A stretch of DNA of 64,000 nucleotides. Source: an uncultured delta proteobacterium (GTDB lineage: Bacteria > Myxococcota_A > Polyangia > Fen-1088). Shown here piece after piece: positions 22,918-30,854 of this stretch. Location of the stretch: NCBI GenBank assembly GCA_963767925.1, contig CAVYGB010000008.1, positions 384,001-448,000 of the forward strand. The letters run 5' to 3'. The first letter of the stretch is position 1; every line of letters starts with the position of its first letter. A program made the position numbers and the translations under genes. The notes below the pieces were generated by a model. The model was given only the letters and a program-made list of their open reading frames with translations. It did not search any database and was not told the DNA's origin.

Positions 22918-25110
22918 GTGCCCGAAGCTCCCTCGCCGCCGCTCCCCAACCCCGGCGCCCCCCCCCTCGAGGCCGCGCTGGCGGCCCGTCTGCGCGAGGC
23001 CTTCCTGGCCTGGGGGCCGGACTACCGGCCCCGCACCCACCACCTCCATCCCGACGGCGCACCCCGCTACGTCAACCGGCTGGTGCTCGAATCGAGCCCC
23101 TACCTCCTGCAACACGCGCACAACCCGGTCAACTGGTACGCCTGGGGGCCCGAGGCCTTCGAGGACGCCCGCCGGCTGGGACGACCGGTCTTCCTGTCGG
23201 TCGGCTACTCCACCTGCCACTGGTGTCACGTCATGGAGGAGGAGTCGTTCGAGAGCGAGGAGATCGCGACGTTCCTCAACGCCCACTACCTCCCGGTCAA
23301 GGTCGACCGGGAGGAGCGCCCCGACGTCGACGCCATCTACATGAGCGCGGTGCAGGCCCTCACCGGATCGGGTGGCTGGCCCATGAGCGTCTGGCTCACG
23401 CCCGACCGGGAGCCCTTCTACGGCGGCACCTATTTTCCCCCCCGCGACGGCGCCCGGGGAGCGCGCTTCGGCTTCCTGACCGTCCTGCGTGACATCGCCC
23501 GCACCTACGCGGAGGATCCCGAACGGGTCAAGCGCGCCACCGGCTCGCTCACCGAGGCGGTCAAGCAGCAGATGGAAGGCCACGCGGTGGCCGGGACGGC
23601 CGCGGGCGAGCCCGGCCCCCGCCCCATCCTCGGCGCGGTCGACACCTACAAGCGGCTGTTCGACGACACCCACGGTGGTCTGCGCCGGGCGCCGAAGTTC
23701 CCCTCCAACATCCCCGTGCGGCTGCTGCTGCGGGTCCACCGCCGCACCGGCGACGCCGAGGTCCTGCACATGGCCACCCGCACCCTCGAGCGGATGGCGG
23801 CCGGCGGGCTATACGACCAGGTCGGCGGTGGGTTTCACCGCTACTCGGTCGATGATCGCTGGCTGGTCCCCCACTTCGAGAAGATGCTCTACGACAACGC
23901 CCTGCTGGCGGTGTCCTACGCCGAGGCCTGGCAGGTCACGCGCCGGCCGGACTTTGCTCGCGTCCTCCGCGAGACCCTGGACTACCTGCTGCGGGAGATG
24001 ACCTCGCCCGAGGGGGCGTTCTACTCGGCGACCGACGCCGACTCGGAGGGGGAGGAGGGCCGGTTCTTCGTCTGGAGCGCCGAGGAGATCGACGCCCTGC
24101 TGGGCGCCTCCGCGACCCGCTTCAAGGCCTATTACGGGGTGACGCCGGGTGGAAACTTCGAGGGGCACAACATCTTGAACGTCCCCGCCCCCGACGAGGC
24201 GGAGCAGGCGGCCCTGGGCGAGGCCCGGCAGATCCTGTACGGCGTGCGCGCCCGCCGCATCCCCCCCCTGCGCGACGACAAGATCCTGGCCGCCTGGAAC
24301 GGCCTGGCCCTGTCGGCCTTCGCCTTCGGCGGGCGGGTGCTGGGCGAGCCACGTTATCTGCAGGCGGCGGAGCGGGCGGCCGACTTCCTGCTCGGGAGCA
24401 TGCGCCAGGGCGCCCGCATCGCCCGCTCCTGGAAGGATGGGCGGGCCTCCGGACACGGTTTCCTCGAGGACCAGTCCTTCGTGGCGGCGGGGCTGCTCGA
24501 CCTTGCCGAGAGCACCTTCGATCCGCGCTGGCTCGGGGAGGCCCTGGCCCTCTCGGAGTCGCTGGAGCGGGACTTCGCCGACAGCGAGCGGGGGGGCTGG
24601 TTCATGACCGCCTCGGACGCCGAGCGGCTGATCGCCCGGGAGAAGCCCCAGTACGACGGGGCCGAGCCGTCGGGGACCTCGGTGGCGCTGCTCAATGCCC
24701 AGCGGCTGTACACCTTCACCGGCGACGAGCGCTGGCGCGAGGTGGCGGCGCGGGGGCTGGTCTCGGTCTGGAACGTCCTCCAGGCCCAGCCCCTGGCGCT
24801 GTCGGAGGGGCTGCTCGCCCTCGACTACCTGACCGACATCCCCCGCGAGGTGGCCCTGGTGCTTCCGGCCGGCGCTCGCCTCGATCCGCAGTCGCCGCTG
24901 GGCGAGGTCCTGCGCACCACCTTCCTGCCCAACCGGGCCCTGGCGGTGGCGGCCGAGGGCTCCGATCTCGCCAGCACGGTCACCTTCCTGGCCGGCAAGG
25001 TCGCCAGCGGTGGGCCCACCGCCTACGTCTGTGAACGGGGCCGCTGCGACCTCCCCACCCACGACCCCGAGACCCTGCGCGCCCAGCTCGCCCAGACCCG
25101 CCCGTATTGA
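22918..25110 (+). CDS. Thioredoxin-domain / six-hairpin protein (YyaL/SSP411 family)
   Basis: NRL...[64 protein letters not shown]. The start is approximate. Confidence 0.95.
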   Translation: MPEAPSPPLPNPGAPPLEAALAARLREAFLAWGPDYRPRTHHLHPDGAPRYVNRLVLESSPYLLQHAHNPVNWYAWGPEAFEDARRLGRPVFLSVGYSTCHWCHVMEEESFESEEIATFLNAHYLPVKVDREERPDVDAIYMSAVQALTGSGGWPMSVWLTPDREPFYGGTYFPPRDGARGARFGFLTVLRDIARTYAEDPERVKRATGSLTEAVKQQMEGHAVAGTAAGEPGPRPILGAVDTYKRLFDDTHGGLRRAPKFPSNIPVRLLLRVHRRTGDAEVLHMATRTLERMAAGGLYDQVGGGFHRYSVDDRWLVPHFEKMLYDNALLAVSYAEAWQVTRRPDFARVLRETLDYLLREMTSPEGAFYSATDADSEGEEGRFFVWSAEEIDALLGASATRFKAYYGVTPGGNFEGHNILNVPAPDEAEQAALGEARQILYGVRARRIPPLRDDKILAAWNGLALSAFAFGGRVLGEPRYLQAAERAADFLLGSMRQGARIARSWKDGRASGHGFLEDQSFVAAGLLDLAESTFDPRWLGEALALSESLERDFADSERGGWFMTASDAERLIAREKPQYDGAEPSGTSVALLNAQRLYTFTGDERWREVAARGLVSVWNVLQAQPLALSEGLLALDYLTDIPREVALVLPAGARLDPQSPLGEVLRTTFLPNRALAVAAEGSDLASTVTFLAGKVASGGPTAYVCERGRCDLPTHDPETLRAQLAQTRPY

Positions 25111-25114
25111 CCGG

Positions 25115-25498
25115 GCCCCCGGCCGGGCCGCCTGCTGCTTGGCGGGGGGCTGCAGGGCGGTGCGGGCCTGCTTGCGGGCCGCCTCGGGCAGCTTGGCATC
25201 GGCGGCCATGGCCTGCAGCCGGGCGCGGGCCTCGGGGGTGCCGGCGTTGGCGTAGTAGTTGACGGCCAGGCTGGCGATCGACACGTGGCTGCCAAACTGC
25301 CGCAGGGTCTCGTCGACGATGGGCACCCCGCCGACCCGCCAGAACACGAAGGGCATAGACCGGCTCGAACGTCTGCCGGTAGAAGCTCTCGATCGCTTCG
25401 ACGTCCCCGCGGCAGATCGCCGCGACATCGATGGCCGCAGCGTCCGGGATGCTCCCGGAAGTGACGGTGGCCTCAGCGGTTCGAGGATCGAGTCGCAC
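25115..25498 (-). pseudogene. Chimeric remnant: ECF sigma-factor-like N-terminus joined to a helical C-terminal fragment
   Basis: GDVEAIESFYRQTFEPVYA/FVFWRVGG (one frameshift near 25352) resembles the start of ECF sigma region 2. It then switches to unrelated sequence (NAGTPEARARLQAMAADAKLPEAARKQARTAL), with no clean stop. Confidence 0.45.
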
Positions 25499-25623
25499 GA
25501 ATGAGCCTGAGTGTAAAACTCGTTCGTTTTCCTTCGCCCAGGGTGGACACGTTGCAACCCTGCGGATAGATTGGCGCTCACAAACGTCAAAAAAGTACGA
25601 CGCAACAATCAGGAGGTCCCCGC

Positions 25624-26361
25624 ATGCGACATCTGGTCTCGACCGCGCGCAGCCTGGCCGCGGTCTTCGTTCTCACCGCCGTGGCCGTCGCCGCCGGCTG
25701 CGCCACCGAGCAGAAGGTGCTCAAGACGCCGTATTACACGCTTTCACACCCCGACTACTGGCAGGTCAAGAAGGTCGGCGACAAGCCGGCGGAGCCCACC
25801 GTGGTCTCGATCGGGACCTATGGCTCCACGGTGATCAACGAGGGCAGCGGCGCGACCGAGGGCGCGGCCTACGAGTCGTCGCAGGCCGAGGTCGAGGTGC
25901 GGGTGTTCGCCTGGCCGGAGCCCGCGGGTGGGCCCGAAAACGCGACCCCCACCGATCGCGTCTCACAGCTCCTCTTCAAGGACCCCGAGCTGCAGATCGG
26001 CAAACACGGCCTCATCCCGCAGCAGCAGGCGGAGTGTGGGAAGGAGTTCCAGCGGAAGTACACCGTGCTCGGCGCCGAGCAGACCCCGCTGGACCTGCTG
26101 GTCCAGCCCGGGTGGCGCACCATCCTGCTGGGGGGCAAGGCCCCGGGCCTGCTCATCGGGGTGGTCTCGCGGGTGCCCTACGAGCAGGACGGCGGCCTGT
26201 ACTGCCACAATCTGAGCAACATGCGCACCCAGCTCGGCCTCTTCCTGGAGAAGCTCGCCCCCGCGTCCGCGACCGCCGCAGCGCCAGGCGTGGCACCAGC
26301 CGAGCCGGCCGAGCCGGCCCCCAGCGCCCCCGCTCCCGCTGCGCCCGCTCCCACGCCCTGA
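25624..26361 (+). CDS. Hypothetical lipoprotein
   Basis: RBS AGGAGG, lipobox-like VAAGC and a Pro/Ala-rich tail. Confidence 0.85.
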   Translation: MRHLVSTARSLAAVFVLTAVAVAAGCATEQKVLKTPYYTLSHPDYWQVKKVGDKPAEPTVVSIGTYGSTVINEGSGATEGAAYESSQAEVEVRVFAWPEPAGGPENATPTDRVSQLLFKDPELQIGKHGLIPQQQAECGKEFQRKYTVLGAEQTPLDLLVQPGWRTILLGGKAPGLLIGVVSRVPYEQDGGLYCHNLSNMRTQLGLFLEKLAPASATAAAPGVAPAEPAEPAPSAPAPAAPAPTP

Positions 26362-26374
26362 TCGGAAGGGGCAG

Positions 26375-26460
26375 GTCTTCCGTATTCGTGCGCGAGCACG
26401 TGGTCGTGCACGTCTTCCGTGCACGAGAGTCGTGCACGTCTTCCGTGAACGTGCACGACC
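26375..26460. repeat. Intergenic GTGCAC-rich short tandem/palindromic repeat
   Basis: GTCGTGCACGTCTTCCGTG occurs at 26403 and 26429. GTGCAC occurs at 26406, 26419, 26432 and 26451, and GTGAAC at 26445. Confidence 0.8.
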
Positions 26461-26511
26461 GGAGCGCTCTTCACACCCGTCGCGGCCTTTCTGGTCCCCT
26501 GTTCCAGGGGA

Positions 26512-27306
26512 CTAGCTGACCGCGCGGTCGGCGGGGGCGGCCTCGCCCTCTTGCGACGGGAGGGCGAGGACCACTCGGTTGCGGCCCCGTTCCTTGGCCT
26601 GGTAAAGGGCGTGGTCCGCGGCCTGGAGCAGGGCGCTGCCCGATTGGGCCCGACCGCGCCGGTCCGAGGCGGCTACCCCGAAGGACGCGGTGGTGCGCAG
26701 CAGGGTGCCGTCGAGCTCGATGGCGGTGGTGGCGAGGCGGGAGCGGGCCCGTTCGGCCCAGGCCTGGGCGGCGGCGTCGTCGGCGTGTGGCAAGAGCGCC
26801 ACGAACTCCTCGCCGCCGTAACGGGCGACGGTGTCGCCCCGGCGCTTCTCCACGTCGAGGAGACGGGCCACCTCCCGGAGCATGGCGTCTCCGGCGGCGT
26901 GGCCGTACCGATCGTTGAGCAGCTTGAAGCGGTCGAGATCGATCATCACCACCGCCAGCGAAGCGCCGTAGCGCTTGCTGCGCTCGAACTCGTTCTCGAG
27001 CCGTTCGTCGAGCGCCCGGCGGTTGGGAATGCCGGTCAGCGCATCGGTCGTCGACAGCGCCTGCAGGCTGGCGGTGAGCTGGGCCAGCGAGCGGTTCTGA
27101 TTGGCGAGCTGATCTTCCTTGCGGCCGAGGAGCCAGCCCAGCCCGCCCAGCGCCGAGCATCCACCCACGAGCATGACCAGGAACAGATGGACCGGGTCGA
27201 TGCTCCGGTCGACGACCAGGGCATAGAGAACCAGCCCGAGCGGCATCAGCACGCCAGCCGCCCCACCCAGTAACGCGAATCGCACGGAGTTTCGCACGTC
27301 GCTCAT
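26512..27306 (-). CDS. Membrane-anchored diguanylate cyclase
   Basis: Two TM helices, a coiled coil, TDALTGIPNRR, DLDRFK, an RxxD I-site (RRGD) and GGEEF. Start taken as ATG 27306. Confidence 0.95.
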   Translation of the reverse strand: MSDVRNSVRFALLGGAAGVLMPLGLVLYALVVDRSIDPVHLFLVMLVGGCSALGGLGWLLGRKEDQLANQNRSLAQLTASLQALSTTDALTGIPNRRALDERLENEFERSKRYGASLAVVMIDLDRFKLLNDRYGHAAGDAMLREVARLLDVEKRRGDTVARYGGEEFVALLPHADDAAAQAWAERARSRLATTAIELDGTLLRTTASFGVAASDRRGRAQSGSALLQAADHALYQAKERGRNRVVLALPSQEGEAAPADRAVS

Positions 27307-27314
27307 CCCAGTCT

Positions 27315-27329
27315 GCAACCGTCGTACCC
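27315..27329 (-). promoter_or_regulatory. Putative sigma-54 -24/-12 promoter of the GGDEF gene
   Basis: The minus strand reads GGGTACG-ACGG-TTGC (GG-N10-GC) just before ATG 27306. Confidence 0.6.
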
Positions 27330-27550
27330 GGCTGGCAATTCCCGGAATGCCGGGCCGGGTACCGTAACCTATACGGGCATCGGGACCCCGAGGCCGTTAA
27401 CAGACGGTGACTTATTGGGCCTCTGGGCGGCCCCTGGTTGACACGATCGGGCGACCCTCCGTTACCGCCGGGACGGTGTTCCCGACTCGACCCAGGGGCC
27501 AGGCGCGCGGGAACCGCAGGTGCCGCACCCGGGGTCTGCCGATAACGCAG

Positions 27551-28180
27551 TCAGGACGTGCGCCGGTGCGCCTCGTCGACGGTGCCGTTTTTCCGACCCA
27601 CCTGATACTCGTGAATCTTGTACTGGATCTTGCGCACACTGATCCCGAGCACCTCGGCCGCCTTGCTGGTCGATCCACCACACGCCTCGAGCCCCTTGAG
27701 GATCGCGTAGCGCTCGATCTCGTAGAGCGTGGAGCCCGGGATCCGGATCGTATCGTAACCATCCCGTTCCGCCAGGCGCCCGCGCAGCTCGTCGGTCTCG
27801 CGCAGGAGCTGCAGCCGGTCGAGCTCCCGATCCAGGACAAGCACCAGCTCGGGCGGGTTGAGCGGTTTGGCCAGGTACTGGGCCGCGCCCTCCTCGAGCG
27901 CCGCCAGGGCGGTGTCGCCGCCGCCGAAGGCGCTCATCACCACGACCGATGTGCGCGGCCTCACCTCGCTGCGCAGGCGGCGCAGGAGCTCCAGCCCGCT
28001 CATGCCGGGCATGTCCAGGTCGGTGAGCACCACATCGGGGGCGAAGCTCTCCAGCTTCTGGAGGGCCTTGTTCCCGTCGGCCGCCGTATCTACAGAATAG
28101 CCCTGTTCGCCCAGCATCTCGGCCAGGCTGCGCAGCGCCGTTGCCTCGTCTTCGACCACCAGGACCCGCCCTTTCCTCAT
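27551..28180 (-). CDS. Response regulator: REC + Fis-type HTH, no AAA+ domain
   Basis: VLVVEDE...LTDLDMPGMSG...KP is followed directly by TLYEIERYAILKGLEACGGSTSKAAEVLGISVRKIQYK. Confidence 0.9.
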   Translation of the reverse strand: MRKGRVLVVEDEATALRSLAEMLGEQGYSVDTAADGNKALQKLESFAPDVVLTDLDMPGMSGLELLRRLRSEVRPRTSVVVMSAFGGGDTALAALEEGAAQYLAKPLNPPELVLVLDRELDRLQLLRETDELRGRLAERDGYDTIRIPGSTLYEIERYAILKGLEACGGSTSKAAEVLGISVRKIQYKIHEYQVGRKNGTVDEAHRRTS

Positions 28181-28192
28181 ACCTGATCACAT

Positions 28193-28208
28193 TGCAAGAC
28201 ATGAGCCG
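28193..28208 (-). promoter_or_regulatory. Putative sigma-54 -24/-12 promoter of the REC-HTH gene
   Basis: The minus strand reads CGGCTCATGTCTTGCA (GG-N10-GC), with the GC 13 nt upstream of ATG 28180. Confidence 0.6.
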
Positions 28209-28227
28209 GCCGTGGGAGGGCGGTTTG

Positions 28228-28668
28228 TCAGTCTGCGCTACGGTCTTGCTGCGAACGGGCGTGGGGTCGGAGGCTGCGCGCGACGAGGCCGAGACCAGCG
28301 GCGAGGAGGCCCAGGATGATGAGCGTGTTGATGAGGCTCGTCCGCTGAAAGTAGATGTCCATGTTCGCGATTATCCCCACCACGATGAACAGCAGGCCAC
28401 CGACGGTGAGCACCCAGCCGATGATCGACTTGCCGTTGAAGAACAGCAGGGCGATACCGATGAGGAGCGGGATCAGGGTGATGCCGAAGCTGTTGTTCAT
28501 GCCCCCGAACCGCCAGAACGAGGTGTGAACCGTTACCCGATCGAACAGGAGGTAGAGACCGATACCCGACAGCACGATCCCGAGAAGGAACTCCCCCATG
28601 CCCCCCGGCGTTCCTCCCGGACCTTCGAAGCGCTTGCGTCCCCCGAAGCTCGCCCCCGAATCGCTCAT
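28228..28668 (-). CDS. Small 4-TM membrane protein
   Basis: GGTPGG motif followed by four hydrophobic segments; RBS GGAGG. Confidence 0.85.
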   Translation of the reverse strand: MSDSGASFGGRKRFEGPGGTPGGMGEFLLGIVLSGIGLYLLFDRVTVHTSFWRFGGMNNSFGITLIPLLIGIALLFFNGKSIIGWVLTVGGLLFIVVGIIANMDIYFQRTSLINTLIILGLLAAGLGLVARSLRPHARSQQDRSAD

Positions 28669-28680
28669 CGTCCCTCCATA

Positions 28681-29847
28681 CTACTTTCCGCCCTCCAGGG
28701 TTCCCATGGCGAACTTGAGGTAGTCGCCCTCGGGAAACCAGGGCACCACGGGGTGGTCGTCCCCCGCGCCCCGCAGGGCCAGCAACTGGAAGCGACGTCC
28801 GGCGGCGCGGGCGCCCTCCTCGACGGTCGCCACGAAGTCCTCCCGCAGGAGGTGGCTCGAGCAGGAGGCCGGGCAGAAAAGACCGCCTGGCGCCACCACC
28901 GCGGCGGCCAGCATATGGAGCCGCCGGTACGCGCTCCGGGCCGCGCCGAGGGCGCTCTTGCGGGGGGCGAAGCTCGGCGGATCGGAGATCACGATGTCCC
29001 AGCGGTCGCCGGCGGCCGCCGCCCTCCCGAGAAAGGCGAAGGCGTCCTCGGCGTGCACGCGGTGGGGGCCTGCGGGCAGGTTGTTGCGGGCGAAGTTCCG
29101 GAGGGCGGCTTGCAGGGCGGGCCGGGCCAGGTCGACCGTGTCGGTGGAGCGGGCACCACCGGCGGCGGCATAGAGGGAAAACCCGCCGGTGTAGCCGAAC
29201 AGGTTGAGCACGGTCCGGTCTCGCGCCCGCTGGCCGACCTCCGCCCGGTTGTCGCGCTGGTCGAGGAAGAGCCCACCCTTCTGTCCCTTGCCGAGGTCGA
29301 CCCCGAAGCGCAGGCCGTTCTCCGTCACTTCGATCTCGCCCCCCGCCCCGGCCCCGCGATCCTCCCGGTCGACCACCGCGCGCACCATCGGCCCGCCCAC
29401 CATCCTGAGCGCCTCGGGCAGGTCGCGGTAGAAGGCCCGCGCGCCGGCGCCATCGAACCGGACCGAGGCGACGTCGGCGTAGAGGTCGACGTGAACGCCG
29501 GCCAGGCCATCGGCCTCGCCGTGCACCCAGCGAAAGGCGCTCGTCTGGGTGAGGTCGAGCTTGGCGCGCCGCCGGCCGAGCGCCGAGGCGAGCCGGGTCC
29601 GCACCAGCGCCTCCAGGGAGGTGGCGGGATCGCTGGTCAGCAGCCGCACGGCGATGGGCGAATGGGCGTCCCAGAAGCCGAGGGCCAGCGGGCTGTGATC
29701 GCGCGCGCGGAGCAGGACGGGGGCGCCATCGGCGATCGGGCCGGCGCTGGTGATGGCGTCGCGATACACCCACGGATGGCCCTGCCGGACCCGAGTTTCC
29801 AGGGGTTTTGCGAGGGTCACGGCGGCGGGGCTATCCCACGTTGTCAT
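28681..29847 (-). CDS. Class I SAM-dependent rRNA methyltransferase (RlmI-like)
   Basis: GHPWVY PUA-like start, GEADGL, GQKGGLFLDQRDNR, VLNLFGYTGGFS, DPPSFA, DHPV...EGDYLK. Confidence 0.92.
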   Translation of the reverse strand: MTTWDSPAAVTLAKPLETRVRQGHPWVYRDAITSAGPIADGAPVLLRARDHSPLALGFWDAHSPIAVRLLTSDPATSLEALVRTRLASALGRRRAKLDLTQTSAFRWVHGEADGLAGVHVDLYADVASVRFDGAGARAFYRDLPEALRMVGGPMVRAVVDREDRGAGAGGEIEVTENGLRFGVDLGKGQKGGLFLDQRDNRAEVGQRARDRTVLNLFGYTGGFSLYAAAGGARSTDTVDLARPALQAALRNFARNNLPAGPHRVHAEDAFAFLGRAAAAGDRWDIVISDPPSFAPRKSALGAARSAYRRLHMLAAAVVAPGGLFCPASCSSHLLREDFVATVEEGARAAGRRFQLLALRGAGDDHPVVPWFPEGDYLKFAMGTLEGGK

Positions 29848-30237
29848 GAACGGTAGGGAACACGCGTATCGATTTTCGGAGGCTTCGTAAAGTTAATCGG
29901 CGTGCCCGCCGAACGGAAACTGCGCGCAGGTTGGGATCGGGCGGCGGCGGCAGCGGTCGAGGGAGGCTGAACAGCTCGCGATTTGGGTTGGGGTAGGGGC
30001 TGGCGAGCTCTCGGGTGGGAATGAAGGGGAGGCGGGCTCCGTTTGGATGGAGCAGCCGGGGTGTTGGTGGTTGAGGCCGGTCGGGGTGTCGAGTGTTCTG
30101 GGGGTGTTGGGTGGACTGCGCTGGGAGTTCGGCTGCGGGTGGGGAACCGGCGGCGCCGCGAGTGGGTAGGACGGGGTAGGGGGCGGCGCCGCCGGGGATC
30201 GGTTTTCCCCGGCTGAATCGAGGGAGCTCGTCGGCAG

Positions 30238-30545
30238 GGGTCGTCGCTCGGGTCGCATGAGCGTGTGAGCGCGCCGTGACCGAGCAGGTGGTCTGACCGC
30301 GGGTGGTCGCTCGGATCGCGTGAGCGCATCAGCGCCGTGACCGAGCAGCCCGTCGCCCATGTGTCGTCGATCGGACTGTGATCGCGAGCGCCGTGAGCGG
30401 GCCCGACGTCGTCGCACACGGGTGGTCGATCGGAGCGCGAGCGTCTGTGGACGGGGCGCGAGGCGGTCGTCTCGTTGCGGATGATCGATAGTGCTCGTTG
30501 GCGCGCGAGCGCGCTGGTCGAACGTGAGGTCACGGTCGCTCGGGT
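30238..30545. repeat. Degenerate ~60-bp tandem repeat array in a long intergenic region
   Basis: Core GTCG(C/A)TCGG at 30243, 30306, 30366, 30425 and 30535. AGCG(CG)CCGTGA(C/G)CG occurs in the first three units. Confidence 0.7.
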
Positions 30546-30793
30546 GATCCTGCGCGGCACGTCGTCCAACCCGGACCGCTTGCGCGGGCGATCGCCGCGC
30601 GAGCTGCGGCCATCGCCGCTGACCTGTGGGGCCGGCGGAGCCAGCGGGGGTCGGCCACCGCCATCGGCCCCTCGAGACGGACAGCGTCGCCGTTGCGCGC
30701 CAGCCAACGCCCGCTGTTGTTTTCGTGCAGCCCGAAGGCACCCGCGGAACCCCGGCCGGGCCGCCGTTGCGAGAGAACCGAGAGGTTGTCGCC

Positions 30794-30826
30794 ACTTATA
30801 TAAGTAAGATAATTTACTAAAAAATA
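30794..30826. promoter_or_regulatory. AT-rich promoter/operator with two overlapping palindromes
   Basis: ACTTATATAAGT (30794-30805) and AGTAA-N6-TTACT (30803-30818), about 30-60 bp upstream of ATG 30855. Confidence 0.55.
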
Positions 30827-30854
30827 GGCAGGGTTCGTGCAGTGGAGACAAGGC

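Noticed and set aside
27379..27543. Assignment as 6S RNA, SRP RNA or a c-di-GMP riboswitch
   Set aside because: Diagnostic sequence motifs were not found; kept only as an unassigned structured candidate.
30238..30545. CRISPR array
   Set aside because: Repeats are degenerate and long, the unique parts are only about 12 bp, and there are no cas genes in the window.
29893..30807. ORFs inside the 1-kb intergenic region (29893..30795 -, 30475..30807 +)
   Set aside because: Low-complexity Arg/Pro/Ser translations without host codon bias; the repeat spacing does not preserve frame.
30794..30826. Chromosomal dif site
   Set aside because: There is no TTATGTTAAAT-like XerD arm and the inverted arms are only 5 bp.
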